The translations under genes and the position numbers were made by a program. Below are positions 17,566 through 26,313 of a stretch of 64,000 bases of DNA, piece after piece (within the stretch, counting starts at the first letter, position 1; the number at the start of each line of letters is the position of its first letter). The notes below the pieces were generated by a model. That model was not told the DNA's origin, made no database searches, and worked only from the letters and a program-made list of their open reading frames with translations. This DNA is from Bacilli bacterium. GTDB lineage: Bacteria; Bacillota_I; Bacilli_A; RF39; UBA660. The DNA lies in contig JAFSEY010000001.1 of assembly GCA_017435485.1 (NCBI GenBank), positions 17,197-81,196 on the forward strand, written 5' to 3'.

Positions 17566-19344
17566 TTATTCTAGTTCAACTTTATTCATATTATTAATTG
17601 TTTTATTTTTTCTAAATTCATCCAAATTAAAACACTCGATTTGATATTCTCTCGGAGTGTTTGGTAGATTAACAATTTTATATTTAATTGGGTATTTTGA
17701 AATAGGAACAATAGTAGCTTTAATAGGATGCATTCTTGTTCCCATAAATATTGCCTCACCAAATTGAAATCTCATCAATTCATCAGGCATCATTAACTCT
17801 CTACCCATAAGAGATTTATCATTTGAAATATTATAATCTAATTGTTCCAATCGGCTAGATGTAGAAACTCTTTCACTTGAAATTGTATATTTTCCCAAGC
17901 GAGATGAAATCTCACGAGCAGTCTCATTATCAGCTGTTAATAAGTATATCCAATTAGTACAATTCGACTTGATAGTTCCTGCTTGTTCTTTATAAGTTTC
18001 TTTTAATTGGTCAAAATCCTGTAATACTAAATAGAATCTTATATTTCTAGAACGAGCAACTTGTATTTTATGACTCATATTCATTGGTGGCATAGAACTA
18101 AATTCATCACAAACAAAATTAACTCTAATAGGCATCTTACCACTAGGAAGTGATTGAGCAGTATTAACTAGAGCTTGATAACATTGGTCAACAAAGAGTG
18201 TTGCAAGTTCATGTCTTGATTCTTTCTCATCAGGTATAATTAAAAATACTGCAGTTTTTTCCATACCAATACTATCTAATTCAAAATCAGTTCTACTTGT
18301 AAGATTTGCAATACCTGTATCACTAAATATTTTAATGACAGTTGCAAGTACAGAGAATAATGTTGCTCTTGTTTCACCTTTAGCAAAACTACCTGTAGCA
18401 TATGACATTTTGGCAAGATTACCAAAAGTTTTTTGTTGAAAATATAAATCCAACGAATTAAACCTATCAATTGTTTTAGCTCCATGTTCTACTAGCATAT
18501 TATAAATAGAAAATAAGTGAACTTGTTCTTCTTTAGGTGCATCCTCAATAATTGCATAACATAAAGCAGTTAAAACTGCATTAGCAGACTTTTCCCAATA
18601 CATATCTTTACTAGAAAGATTTTTTGTTAAAGATTTAGAAAAGTTTTCAATTAAGTCACCTGCAAGATCAATATTACCATCTTTATAATATTTATATGGC
18701 AAATGTAATGGATTCCATCCATCAGATGAAAGAGCATCTCTCAAGTTAATAACTTTAATTTTATATCCCTGTTTTTTAAGAAAATCAGAAGTATGAGAAT
18801 AAAGTTCACCCTTAACATCATTAACCACCATTGATTCACCTGCATAACCTAAATTAAAAATTAAAGGCATTATTTCACAAATAGTTTTACCACTACCTGT
18901 GGATCCGATGATTAATGTATGATCAAATGAATCAGAATAATAATATTTACCATCCATCATAGTGACAGGTATACCACCACTCTTTAGGGGAGAGCCAATA
19001 TCCCAAACCTTAAATTGTTTTTTGATTTCTTTTTTTGTAGCCCAACGAGAACTACCATATTCAAAACTACCATCTTCTTCAGGCATCTTTTTTAATTTTT
19101 GTAATTTTAATTTTAATTCTTTATCATACTTAAGAACAAACAACATTATTAATGATGCCATAAGAATAGTACCAAATAGTAGACTAATATCTTTTAATTG
19201 AAATAATGAGTGAATAATATTAATATCCCAAGATAGTTTAATATTATTTTTTATGATAGTAGTTAAGTTATAACAAACATTACAAGATAAAATAAATGCA
19301 CATATAGAAATAATTATATAATTAATTGTTTTCTTAATTAACAT
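17566..19344 (-). CDS. virD4: VirD4/TraG-like type IV coupling protein
   Basis: N-terminal TMs, YGSSRWA, GSTGSGKT Walker A, DVKGEL, DEFSSM, ARSRNI. Confidence 0.92.
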   Translation of the reverse strand: MLIKKTINYIIISICAFILSCNVCYNLTTIIKNNIKLSWDINIIHSLFQLKDISLLFGTILMASLIMLFVLKYDKELKLKLQKLKKMPEEDGSFEYGSSRWATKKEIKKQFKVWDIGSPLKSGGIPVTMMDGKYYYSDSFDHTLIIGSTGSGKTICEIMPLIFNLGYAGESMVVNDVKGELYSHTSDFLKKQGYKIKVINLRDALSSDGWNPLHLPYKYYKDGNIDLAGDLIENFSKSLTKNLSSKDMYWEKSANAVLTALCYAIIEDAPKEEQVHLFSIYNMLVEHGAKTIDRFNSLDLYFQQKTFGNLAKMSYATGSFAKGETRATLFSVLATVIKIFSDTGIANLTSRTDFELDSIGMEKTAVFLIIPDEKESRHELATLFVDQCYQALVNTAQSLPSGKMPIRVNFVCDEFSSMPPMNMSHKIQVARSRNIRFYLVLQDFDQLKETYKEQAGTIKSNCTNWIYLLTADNETAREISSRLGKYTISSERVSTSSRLEQLDYNISNDKSLMGRELMMPDELMRFQFGEAIFMGTRMHPIKATIVPISKYPIKYKIVNLPNTPREYQIECFNLDEFRKNKTINNMNKVELE

Positions 19345-19385
19345 CCCTCCAAACAAAAAGATTATCTTTTTATTGATAATCTTAC

Positions 19386-20477
19386 TTATTTATTAAATTT
19401 ATTTTTAAATTTTTTTATTAAATAATAAATTCCATATCCTATACCACCTAACATTGCAAAGGCAAGTATAGTAGAAATTGTATCTTCTGCTTTAGTATAT
19501 TTATGAATGACAATTTCATAATTTTGTTCAGTACCATCTTCGGCAGTTACTTTTATATTTAATGTATTATCACCAGTTTTTAGTTTATCAATTTCATCCA
19601 TTTCAACTTTTGCTTTTTCATTACTCAAAGTATAATCAACTGAAATACTAGTAGCAGATGAACTCACATAGACTGTCGCTTTATAATTACTAAATACAAC
19701 TTCTTCTTCATCAATTTTTACTTTAATTCCTGTATCAGAACTTAATATTATTTTTCTTTCAACATTAATTTTATAATTTTTTGTGCTACCATCTTCAGCT
19801 TTAACTTCTATAACAATTTCATTATTTCCTACTGATAGGTTAGAATTATTTTTTATTTCATATGTTGCTTTACTATTATTAGTTTCAACTTTAATATCTA
19901 ATTTTTTGTCAGTAGTTGAATAGCTCATATTTTCTTCAATTTTGATATTTTCCTCATTAATAATAATAGCTTTTAAAGTATTATCATTACTTTTTGTTTC
20001 TTCAGGTTTTGTTGTAGTTTGATTATTATTTGATGAATTGTTGCTAGAACTATTATTAGATGAACTACTGCTTGATGAATTGTTGCTAGAATTATTATTA
20101 GATGAGCTACCACTTGATGAATTGTTGCTAGAACTATTATTAGATGAGCTACCACTTGATGAATTGTTGCTAGAACTATCATTAGATGAACCACCACTTG
20201 ATGAATTGTCATTAGAATTATTGTTAGATGAACTATTACCTGATGAATTGTTATTAGAACTACATGGATCACTATAAATAGGATCTCCTGTCGCATAATA
20301 TTTTCCATCTTTTTCTTCTGCTACATGCCAATGATTATCACTACTATGTTGTCCATAAGTAATACCATTACAAGTTTTTATTGAAGCTTTTCTTAATTGT
20401 CCACTACTTGCATTTACCTCAATATTTCCAATTAAAAATATAGTTAATAATAAAATTACATATAAACTTTTCTTCAT
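19386..20477 (-). CDS. Membrane-anchored surface protein: His-rich N-domain, Ser/Asn linker, two cadherin-like beta-sandwich repeats
   Basis: Signal peptide, GQHSSDNHWH, repeated I.V.AEDG...Y.I, C-terminal TM. Confidence 0.7.
   Translation of the reverse strand: MKKSLYVILLLTIFLIGNIEVNASSGQLRKASIKTCNGITYGQHSSDNHWHVAEEKDGKYYATGDPIYSDPCSSNNNSSGNSSSNNNSNDNSSSGGSSNDSSSNNSSSGSSSNNSSSNNSSSGSSSNNNSSNNSSSSSSSNNSSSNNSSNNNQTTTKPEETKSNDNTLKAIIINEENIKIEENMSYSTTDKKLDIKVETNNSKATYEIKNNSNLSVGNNEIVIEVKAEDGSTKNYKINVERKIILSSDTGIKVKIDEEEVVFSNYKATVYVSSSATSISVDYTLSNEKAKVEMDEIDKLKTGDNTLNIKVTAEDGTEQNYEIVIHKYTKAEDTISTILAFAMLGGIGYGIYYLIKKFKNKFNK
20032..20261. repeat. 42-bp coding tandem repeat (~5.5 copies)
   Basis: GATGAATTGTTGCTAGAACTATTATTAGATGAGCTACCACTT-like units at 20032, 20074, 20116, 20158, 20200, 20242; encodes the Ser/Asn linker. 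Confidence 0.9.
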
Positions 20478-20486
20478 AAATACCAC

Positions 20487-20684
20487 CTAATCTTCAAACA
20501 CATTATTCATTAAATCTTGAATATGTTTTCTTCTTTCTTCCGTTTCTTTTTTGTCAATTTCTATTTTTATAACATCTCCCTCATTAGCATTAGGGATTAA
20601 TACTTTAGGTATATTAACGAATTGACCAATTGCAACTTCTACAACTGCATATTCGCCCTCGAATCTATCAATTATAACTTTCAT
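20487..20684 (-). CDS. DUF3006 protein
   Basis: MKVIIDRFEGEYAVVE...IP..LIP.A.EGDVI. Confidence 0.9.
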   Translation of the reverse strand: MKVIIDRFEGEYAVVEVAIGQFVNIPKVLIPNANEGDVIKIEIDKKETEERRKHIQDLMNNVFED

Positions 20685-20699
20685 ACTTACTCCTTACTT

Positions 20700-22052
20700 T
20701 TATCTTGACGAATTAATATTCAATGAATTTCCGTCCGTAGAAACAATAATTGTTCCATTTAAGTCTGTTCTATATATTTTAGCACCAGTATTAGACCATC
20801 GATCTAGAGTTATTTGATACGGATGATCATACTGATTGTTTGCTCCAACCATTATTATTACATATTTTGGATTTACTTTATTAACAAATGATTGTCCTGA
20901 TGAAGTGTCACTACCATGATGTCCTATTTTAATTACATCAGCAGACACATCAGAAGTAATATCATTTTCACTTTGTGTTTCAGCATCACCCATAAATAAG
21001 AACTTTCTATTACCATAAGTTATCTTTATTACTGCTGAATAATTATTTAAATCACTATAATCTCTATTCGGTGCAATAATGTTGATATTTAAGTTTCCAT
21101 TATTAATTATATTAACACCTGATTTTGCAGTAATAACTTTTAAACCCTTTTGAGAAATAGTATTTAACAAATTTTCATATGTTTTACTCGTCGAAACTGC
21201 TTTAGGCATATAGATATTTCCTATATTAAAACTATTTATAATATGTTCCATACCACCTATATGATCAGCATGGGGATGCGTTCCAACCAAATAATCAATT
21301 TGGGAATATCCAAGACTTGATATATAATTAGAAATCAATGTCCCTTTGGATGAGATTCCAGCATCAATTAACATTGTTTGTTGATTAGGTAATTCAATAA
21401 ATATTGAATCTCCTTGACCGACATCAATATAATGAACTTTCATTAAACTACTTTGAATCGAAGTATTATCATTATTATTTATAACTTCATTATTATTATC
21501 ATTTGGTTTTGAATTATCATTATTATTATTATCTTTGTTATCAGTAGATTCTTCTTGTTCTTGTTTTTTATCATCAGTTATATTTTCCAAATCTTCCTTT
21601 AACTCATCTTCAGTAAGTGTTGATTTTTCTTCTTCAGGTATAAAATCTGGATCATGTTCTTTATAAATTATTTCAGTTTGTGTGTAATCGTTATATCTTT
21701 CCCAATAATCATTAGAGTGAAGTAAAGAAACTAATTCGCTACTAGACATAACCACAAAAAAGATAATTATAAAACCAATTATATCAGACCATATTTTTTT
21801 CTTATTTAAAATTGGTATTTTATCTTTAATTTTAAAATCTGAAATAAATAACATTGGAATAAAAAATGATAAAGCTGTCAAAATATTTGATGTTTTAAAA
21901 ATAAATAAATCATAAATATCGGCTTGTACTTTTGGTACTTCACTAGCATATGAAATGATTACAATAAAACATAAAAAATAATATAAACAAGCAAGTATCT
22001 TCTTCCATGATTTATTCGTTCGAAACCCCACTAGTTTTTTAATATTTTTCAT
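20700..22052 (-). CDS. Membrane-anchored ComEC-type metallo-beta-lactamase-fold hydrolase (putative nuclease)
   Basis: IDVGQGDS, THPHADHIGG, GHHGS, YRTDLNGTI; three N-terminal TMs. Confidence 0.85.
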   Translation of the reverse strand: MKNIKKLVGFRTNKSWKKILACLYYFLCFIVIISYASEVPKVQADIYDLFIFKTSNILTALSFFIPMLFISDFKIKDKIPILNKKKIWSDIIGFIIIFFVVMSSSELVSLLHSNDYWERYNDYTQTEIIYKEHDPDFIPEEEKSTLTEDELKEDLENITDDKKQEQEESTDNKDNNNNDNSKPNDNNNEVINNNDNTSIQSSLMKVHYIDVGQGDSIFIELPNQQTMLIDAGISSKGTLISNYISSLGYSQIDYLVGTHPHADHIGGMEHIINSFNIGNIYMPKAVSTSKTYENLLNTISQKGLKVITAKSGVNIINNGNLNINIIAPNRDYSDLNNYSAVIKITYGNRKFLFMGDAETQSENDITSDVSADVIKIGHHGSDTSSGQSFVNKVNPKYVIIMVGANNQYDHPYQITLDRWSNTGAKIYRTDLNGTIIVSTDGNSLNINSSR

Positions 22053-22119
22053 AATATACATCCAATCAATAACTTTAAGTGTAGTTATCAATATAATTAT
22101 ATCACAATGTTGTAGGTTT

Positions 22120-22722
22120 TCATAGACCTATATCAAGATTATCTTTATTTTTTAATTGTTTTAATGAACAAGTATTATTTAATAATTCTTCTAGAAATAA
22201 ACCACCATTATACAATGTATTCATTTCAAAATTACTATTATTGTATGAATATGACATTTTTTCGAACGAATTAAGGTCAAGTTTGCGATCTTCATATTCA
22301 TTAAGTCTATCATTATTATTTAACATATTAATTAAAGAATCATTAACTAAAAAAGCCATATATGTTTTAGCTTTCTTTATTTCATCTTTATTAAACTGAT
22401 AGATAGTGGGATACTCATCAATATCCTTATTATATTGTTTTACAAACACACAATTATCTTTTGTGGCATTAACTGACTGAATAATTAAATCTTGTTTTAT
22501 ATCCAAATCATAATTTGCTTTAACAAAATTTTTTAATGAAAACATATTCATATCTAAATTAGAATCTAATAATTCTTTATCAATATCTAAATTACAATTA
22601 GCAAGAGCATAATCATATATATAATTTAATGTTTTAGTTTTAGCATCCATAGAATATTTGCCAACTAACATATCACTTTCAAAAGTATTGTTATCAACTC
22701 TTGTTATATCAACAACTTGCAT
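22120..22722 (-). CDS. Hypothetical ICE protein
   Basis: ORF coupled to the relaxase stop. Confidence 0.7.
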   Translation of the reverse strand: MQVVDITRVDNNTFESDMLVGKYSMDAKTKTLNYIYDYALANCNLDIDKELLDSNLDMNMFSLKNFVKANYDLDIKQDLIIQSVNATKDNCVFVKQYNKDIDEYPTIYQFNKDEIKKAKTYMAFLVNDSLINMLNNNDRLNEYEDRKLDLNSFEKMSYSYNNSNFEMNTLYNGGLFLEELLNNTCSLKQLKNKDNLDIGL

Positions 22723-24155
22723 TATCTATATTCCTCCAATTCATATTGCATTTCAGCAATGATTTGTTTTTCTTCTGCCTCTAACTCATACATCAAATGG
22801 TTTATAGCTTGATTAATAAATCTTTTATAATTAAGTTCTTTATAAAAATATTTATTTCTGAATTTATTATATCTATCATAATCATATCCTAATTTTTTTA
22901 ATGCATTGTAATATTCAGTAGAACTCATTTCATAATCAAGAGTAGAACACGAGCCAATAAGTGCATCTGCATCAAAATTATATTTAGAATTTTTTAACCA
23001 TCTTTGAAAAACTTTTTTTGTTTCATTATAGTTAAGACCTGCAACCATACATAACTTGTATAAATCTTTAGCAATTTTAATTTTAGTTTCATCTTTAGCA
23101 TAGTCACTACGACTTTTAAACTTTAACTCTTTAATATGTTTAGATAAAAAAGATTTTTCACGAGCCATCAAGTCCATAGCTTGATATTTTTTATAATTAG
23201 ATAAAATTTCATTACCAATTTTTGTATATAAACGATTAAGCTGATCGTTATAATATTTTTTACTTTTATTATCTTTAGTCATACCATAAAGAGAAGTTAA
23301 TTCTTTTTGATGTTCCTCTAATAACCTTAAATAATTAGCATAATTATATTTGACCGAATCATGACTTAATATAAAGTGTATAATATTATCTAATTCTTCT
23401 TTATAAGGTTTCATATTTTTTGAATTATATTGAAGTCTGCCTGTTTTTGGTAGGTTATCATAAAAAGAAAGTAATTGTTGATTCAATGTCTTTCTAAACT
23501 TATCACTATATAATTTTTGACCTTTAACTTTTGTTAATTCTTTTAATGATATACCACCTGTGATATTTGAAAATTCTTTGTCCCTTAATTCATAAAATTT
23601 TGTATTATCAATTAAATAATTACCAATATTACTTTTCATATTTTGAATAGCAAATTGTGGTATAAAACCTTTTGTAGCAGTTTTATTTTTTTCTATCAAA
23701 CTAATATGTAAGTGTGGGTTATCAGTATTACGATGCAAACTTGCATACCAAATAGAGTTATCTAACTTGAGTCCCATATCTACGATTAATGATGGCATTA
23801 TATGTTTAGTTAAATCATAATAATCAGCTTTAGTTATTAAACCATTTTTTATAGCAAAGTCAGGTGGGAAAGAGATGACCAAGTTCCAAACAAAACCTGT
23901 GTCATCTATTTTAGGTAGATCTTGTTTAGGATTTATATCACCATCTTGTCCCCAAACAAATGACTCGCATTTTTCATAAAGAAAAGAATCTTTATCAGCT
24001 AGAGCAAAATATTCATTCATTATGTTTTTATCATCTAAACTAGTGGCATCTGCTTTTTCTTTTTTAGAAACATAATCAACCCATTTTGAAATATGTTTAC
24101 TAGCAGTAAGAGAATGCTTATACCTAGTACGAATGATAATATTACTTTTACTCAT
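22722..24155 (-). CDS. Relaxase, MobL (MobP2)-like
   Basis: WVDYVSK (catalytic Tyr region), VWNLVISF, HUH motif SLHRNTDNPHLHI. Confidence 0.85.
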   Translation of the reverse strand: MSKSNIIIRTRYKHSLTASKHISKWVDYVSKKEKADATSLDDKNIMNEYFALADKDSFLYEKCESFVWGQDGDINPKQDLPKIDDTGFVWNLVISFPPDFAIKNGLITKADYYDLTKHIMPSLIVDMGLKLDNSIWYASLHRNTDNPHLHISLIEKNKTATKGFIPQFAIQNMKSNIGNYLIDNTKFYELRDKEFSNITGGISLKELTKVKGQKLYSDKFRKTLNQQLLSFYDNLPKTGRLQYNSKNMKPYKEELDNIIHFILSHDSVKYNYANYLRLLEEHQKELTSLYGMTKDNKSKKYYNDQLNRLYTKIGNEILSNYKKYQAMDLMAREKSFLSKHIKELKFKSRSDYAKDETKIKIAKDLYKLCMVAGLNYNETKKVFQRWLKNSKYNFDADALIGSCSTLDYEMSSTEYYNALKKLGYDYDRYNKFRNKYFYKELNYKRFINQAINHLMYELEAEEKQIIAEMQYELEEYR

Positions 24156-24570
24156 CTTCTAATTCTTTCTTTTTAGATGACATAGTTCTAATATCTTTAA
24201 TAATTAAATCTTGAGCCACATCAGTAATAGGATGATTTAAGAATGATACATTTAATTCATCTTTAGTTTGTGGAACTTTTAAATGTTGCATAAAGATATC
24301 TTGCTGTTTTAATAACCATCTAGTATTGAATTCAATTCTATTTAAAATTACTTATAAATGTTTTTGAAATGGCTCATAACTTCTTTTAAAAGATGTATCA
24401 AATAAATTTAAAAATTGTCCCTGACTATCATTAAGTTTATCAACTTGCATCTTATCCATAATAGCACTATACACATATTCAGATGTGTTCATTTTTAATT
24501 TATCTGCAACCACACTTATTTCTTTTTTTTCGTCTTCGGTTACTCGAATTGTTATTCTATCTGATTTCAT
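24148..24570 (-). pseudogene. MobC-like RHH relaxosome accessory gene with internal stop
   Basis: RITIRVTEDEK...MNTSEYV RHH motif; TAA at 24352-24354, then the same frame stays open 67 codons to a stop overlapping the relaxase ATG. Confidence 0.7.
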
Positions 24571-24755
24571 TTTTTATCACTTTTATTATCATCAACACTT
24601 ACAACAAGATTAATATTTTCAATTATAAATTCCTTAATTTTTTTATCAAAGAATTCTTGTTGTGTCATATTCATTTTATTTAATATGATTTTTAATACTT
24701 CACTTAATTTAGAATCAATTCTAGCTTTAATAAAAATATCATTATTATTATTTAT
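24567..24755 (-). CDS. Small RHH-like protein (62 aa), ATA start
   Basis: GGAGG + 9 nt + ATA; IFIKARIDSKLSEVLK..MNMTQQEFF; stop overlaps the next ATG (ATGA); not in the ORF track. Confidence 0.6.
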   Translation of the reverse strand: MNNNNDIFIKARIDSKLSEVLKIILNKMNMTQQEFFDKKIKEFIIENINLVVSVDDNKSDKK

Positions 24756-24829
24756 AAAATTTCACCTCCAAAAAAGGACACTAAAAATGTCCCAATAACT
24801 TTAAAACTTAATTTAATTTTTTAATACAA

Positions 24830-25060
24830 AAAAGCCACAAATCGTGTATGTGTTTTTAGCAGGATAACTGTGGCTGACAAACAACTACCCAGTGGGTAGT
24901 TTAGCCCAAAAATAAAGGGATTGTGAGAAATCCCTTTGTCATACATAAACCAATATGTCATACATTTGGACTAACATATTTTTAACTATTTCATATAGTA
25001 AATAGCCAAAAGTCTAACAAGTGTTATAACAAATGTTAAAACAATCGTTATAACAAAATA
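24830..25060. other. Candidate oriT region
   Basis: Upstream of the RHH-mobC-relaxase operon. IRs AACTACCC/GGGTAGTT (24883-24901), AAAGGGATT/AATCCCTTT (24914-24937) and AGCCACA/TGTGGCT; direct repeat TGTCATACAT (24937, 24956). Confidence 0.55.
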
Positions 25061-25142
25061 ACCAAAAAAGCCACATTCGTGAGTCCTTAATTTTTAATAA
25101 ATATAAAATATATAAACTCATAATGTGGACTTTTAAACAATT

Positions 25143-25364
25143 TTAGACAGGATAGAAATGATCATAAATTCCAAATCCTGTCATAAAAGGAACAAACAAT
25201 GTAGTTACTAATGCTTCAAACCAAGCAGGTGCATACATTGGCATATAGCCATTAATTGTTTCAGAGAAACCTATATCAGTATGTATATAAAACAAAAAAA
25301 CTAATATAGCGAAAACAATAAATGTAGGCACTACAATAGCAACGACTTCAAAAAACTTTTTCAA
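25143..25364 (-). CDS. Small 2-TM membrane protein
   Basis: SD AGGTGGTGA, TTG start, two hydrophobic helices. Confidence 0.6.
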   Translation of the reverse strand: MKKFFEVVAIVVPTFIVFAILVFLFYIHTDIGFSETINGYMPMYAPAWFEALVTTLFVPFMTGFGIYDHFYPV

Positions 25365-25409
25365 AAACTCACCACCTAACTTATAAATTGTTAGCGAACT
25401 GCTAATACT

Positions 25410-25452
25410 ATTATAGGTCTTTGTGTCATCTTATGTCAAGCAGACCTATAAT
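25410..25452. promoter_or_regulatory. Divergent promoter region with TTATAGGTCT/AGACCTATAA inverted repeat
   Basis: Minus-strand TTGACA (25434-39)-N18-TATAAT (25410-15); plus-strand TATAAT at 25447; the IR arms overlap both -10 boxes. Confidence 0.55.
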
Positions 25453-25483
25453 GTAAAATTATATATGAAAGGAAAGATCGGTA

Positions 25484-25735
25484 ATGAGTAAAAGTTCAAA
25501 AGGCATTTATAAAATACCTTGCCAAAAAGGTTATTACTTATTTAAATTAGAATCACTTCTTGCTACGATCGATAAAACTAAATATACTATAGCAAAAGAA
25601 TTGCCAACTGAATATAAGGTTATTAACAGATATGCTCATGGCGATTTAGAAAGATTTGATGCGAAAGTAATAGCAAGAATATGTGACCACTGCAATTGTA
25701 AAATGAGTGATATCATAGAGTATTATCCTAATTAA
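25484..25735 (+). CDS. Cro/C1-type (XRE, YozG-like) HTH regulator
   Basis: HTH plus ARIC..CNC..SDIIEY tail; only plus-strand gene in the ICE core. Confidence 0.8.
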   Translation: MSKSSKGIYKIPCQKGYYLFKLESLLATIDKTKYTIAKELPTEYKVINRYAHGDLERFDAKVIARICDHCNCKMSDIIEYYPN

Positions 25736-25752
25736 AATTTAGGGTAGTTTTT

Positions 25753-26313
25753 TTATTTCATTACTACAATCGGATCCATTAAATCTTCTTGTTTAAAACT
25801 TATTTTATTTTTAGAAATCATAAAGTGTAGATGAATACCTGTCGACCTACCTGTAGAGCCGATAGTTCCAATTTTATCTTTAGCTTTAACTTTATCCCCA
25901 ACATTAACTACAATAGAATCATCAGCCATATGTCCATACATAGTATATAATACTAAACCACCATAGTCATGTTCTATATAAACATAATTACCTAAACCTG
26001 ATTCACTATAACCAACTTCATATACAACACCATCAGCACTAGCAACAATAGAAGTTCCTGCAGGTGCTGATAAATCAATGCCACTATGAAAAGATATTTT
26101 ATTTAAATCAATTGGATCAATTCTAGTACCATAATTTGATGTTATGGTATATTTTATTTCTTCTTCAAATGGTGTAGTGAAAAAGGCAGTAGCAACTCCT
26201 TCTTCGCTACCACCTGAACTACTACAACATAATAAAACTATGAATAAAAAAAAGAATGGTAAACAAGCACATCCAATTTTCCATCCATATTTTTGTAAAA
26301 AATAATATTCCAA
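25753..26313 (-). CDS. M23 family peptidase (conjugative cell-wall hydrolase)
   Basis: HSGIDL, YGHM, GSTGRSTGIHLHF. Confidence 0.9.
   Translation of the reverse strand: MEYYFLQKYGWKIGCACLPFFFLFIVLLCCSSSGGSEEGVATAFFTTPFEEEIKYTITSNYGTRIDPIDLNKISFHSGIDLSAPAGTSIVASADGVVYEVGYSESGLGNYVYIEHDYGGLVLYTMYGHMADDSIVVNVGDKVKAKDKIGTIGSTGRSTGIHLHFMISKNKISFKQEDLMDPIVVMK

Noticed and set aside
20032-20261. 42-bp repeats as a CRISPR array
   Set aside because: Units are contiguous with no unique spacers, in frame in a Ser/Asn linker, and no cas genes are present. No CRISPR array was seen in the window.
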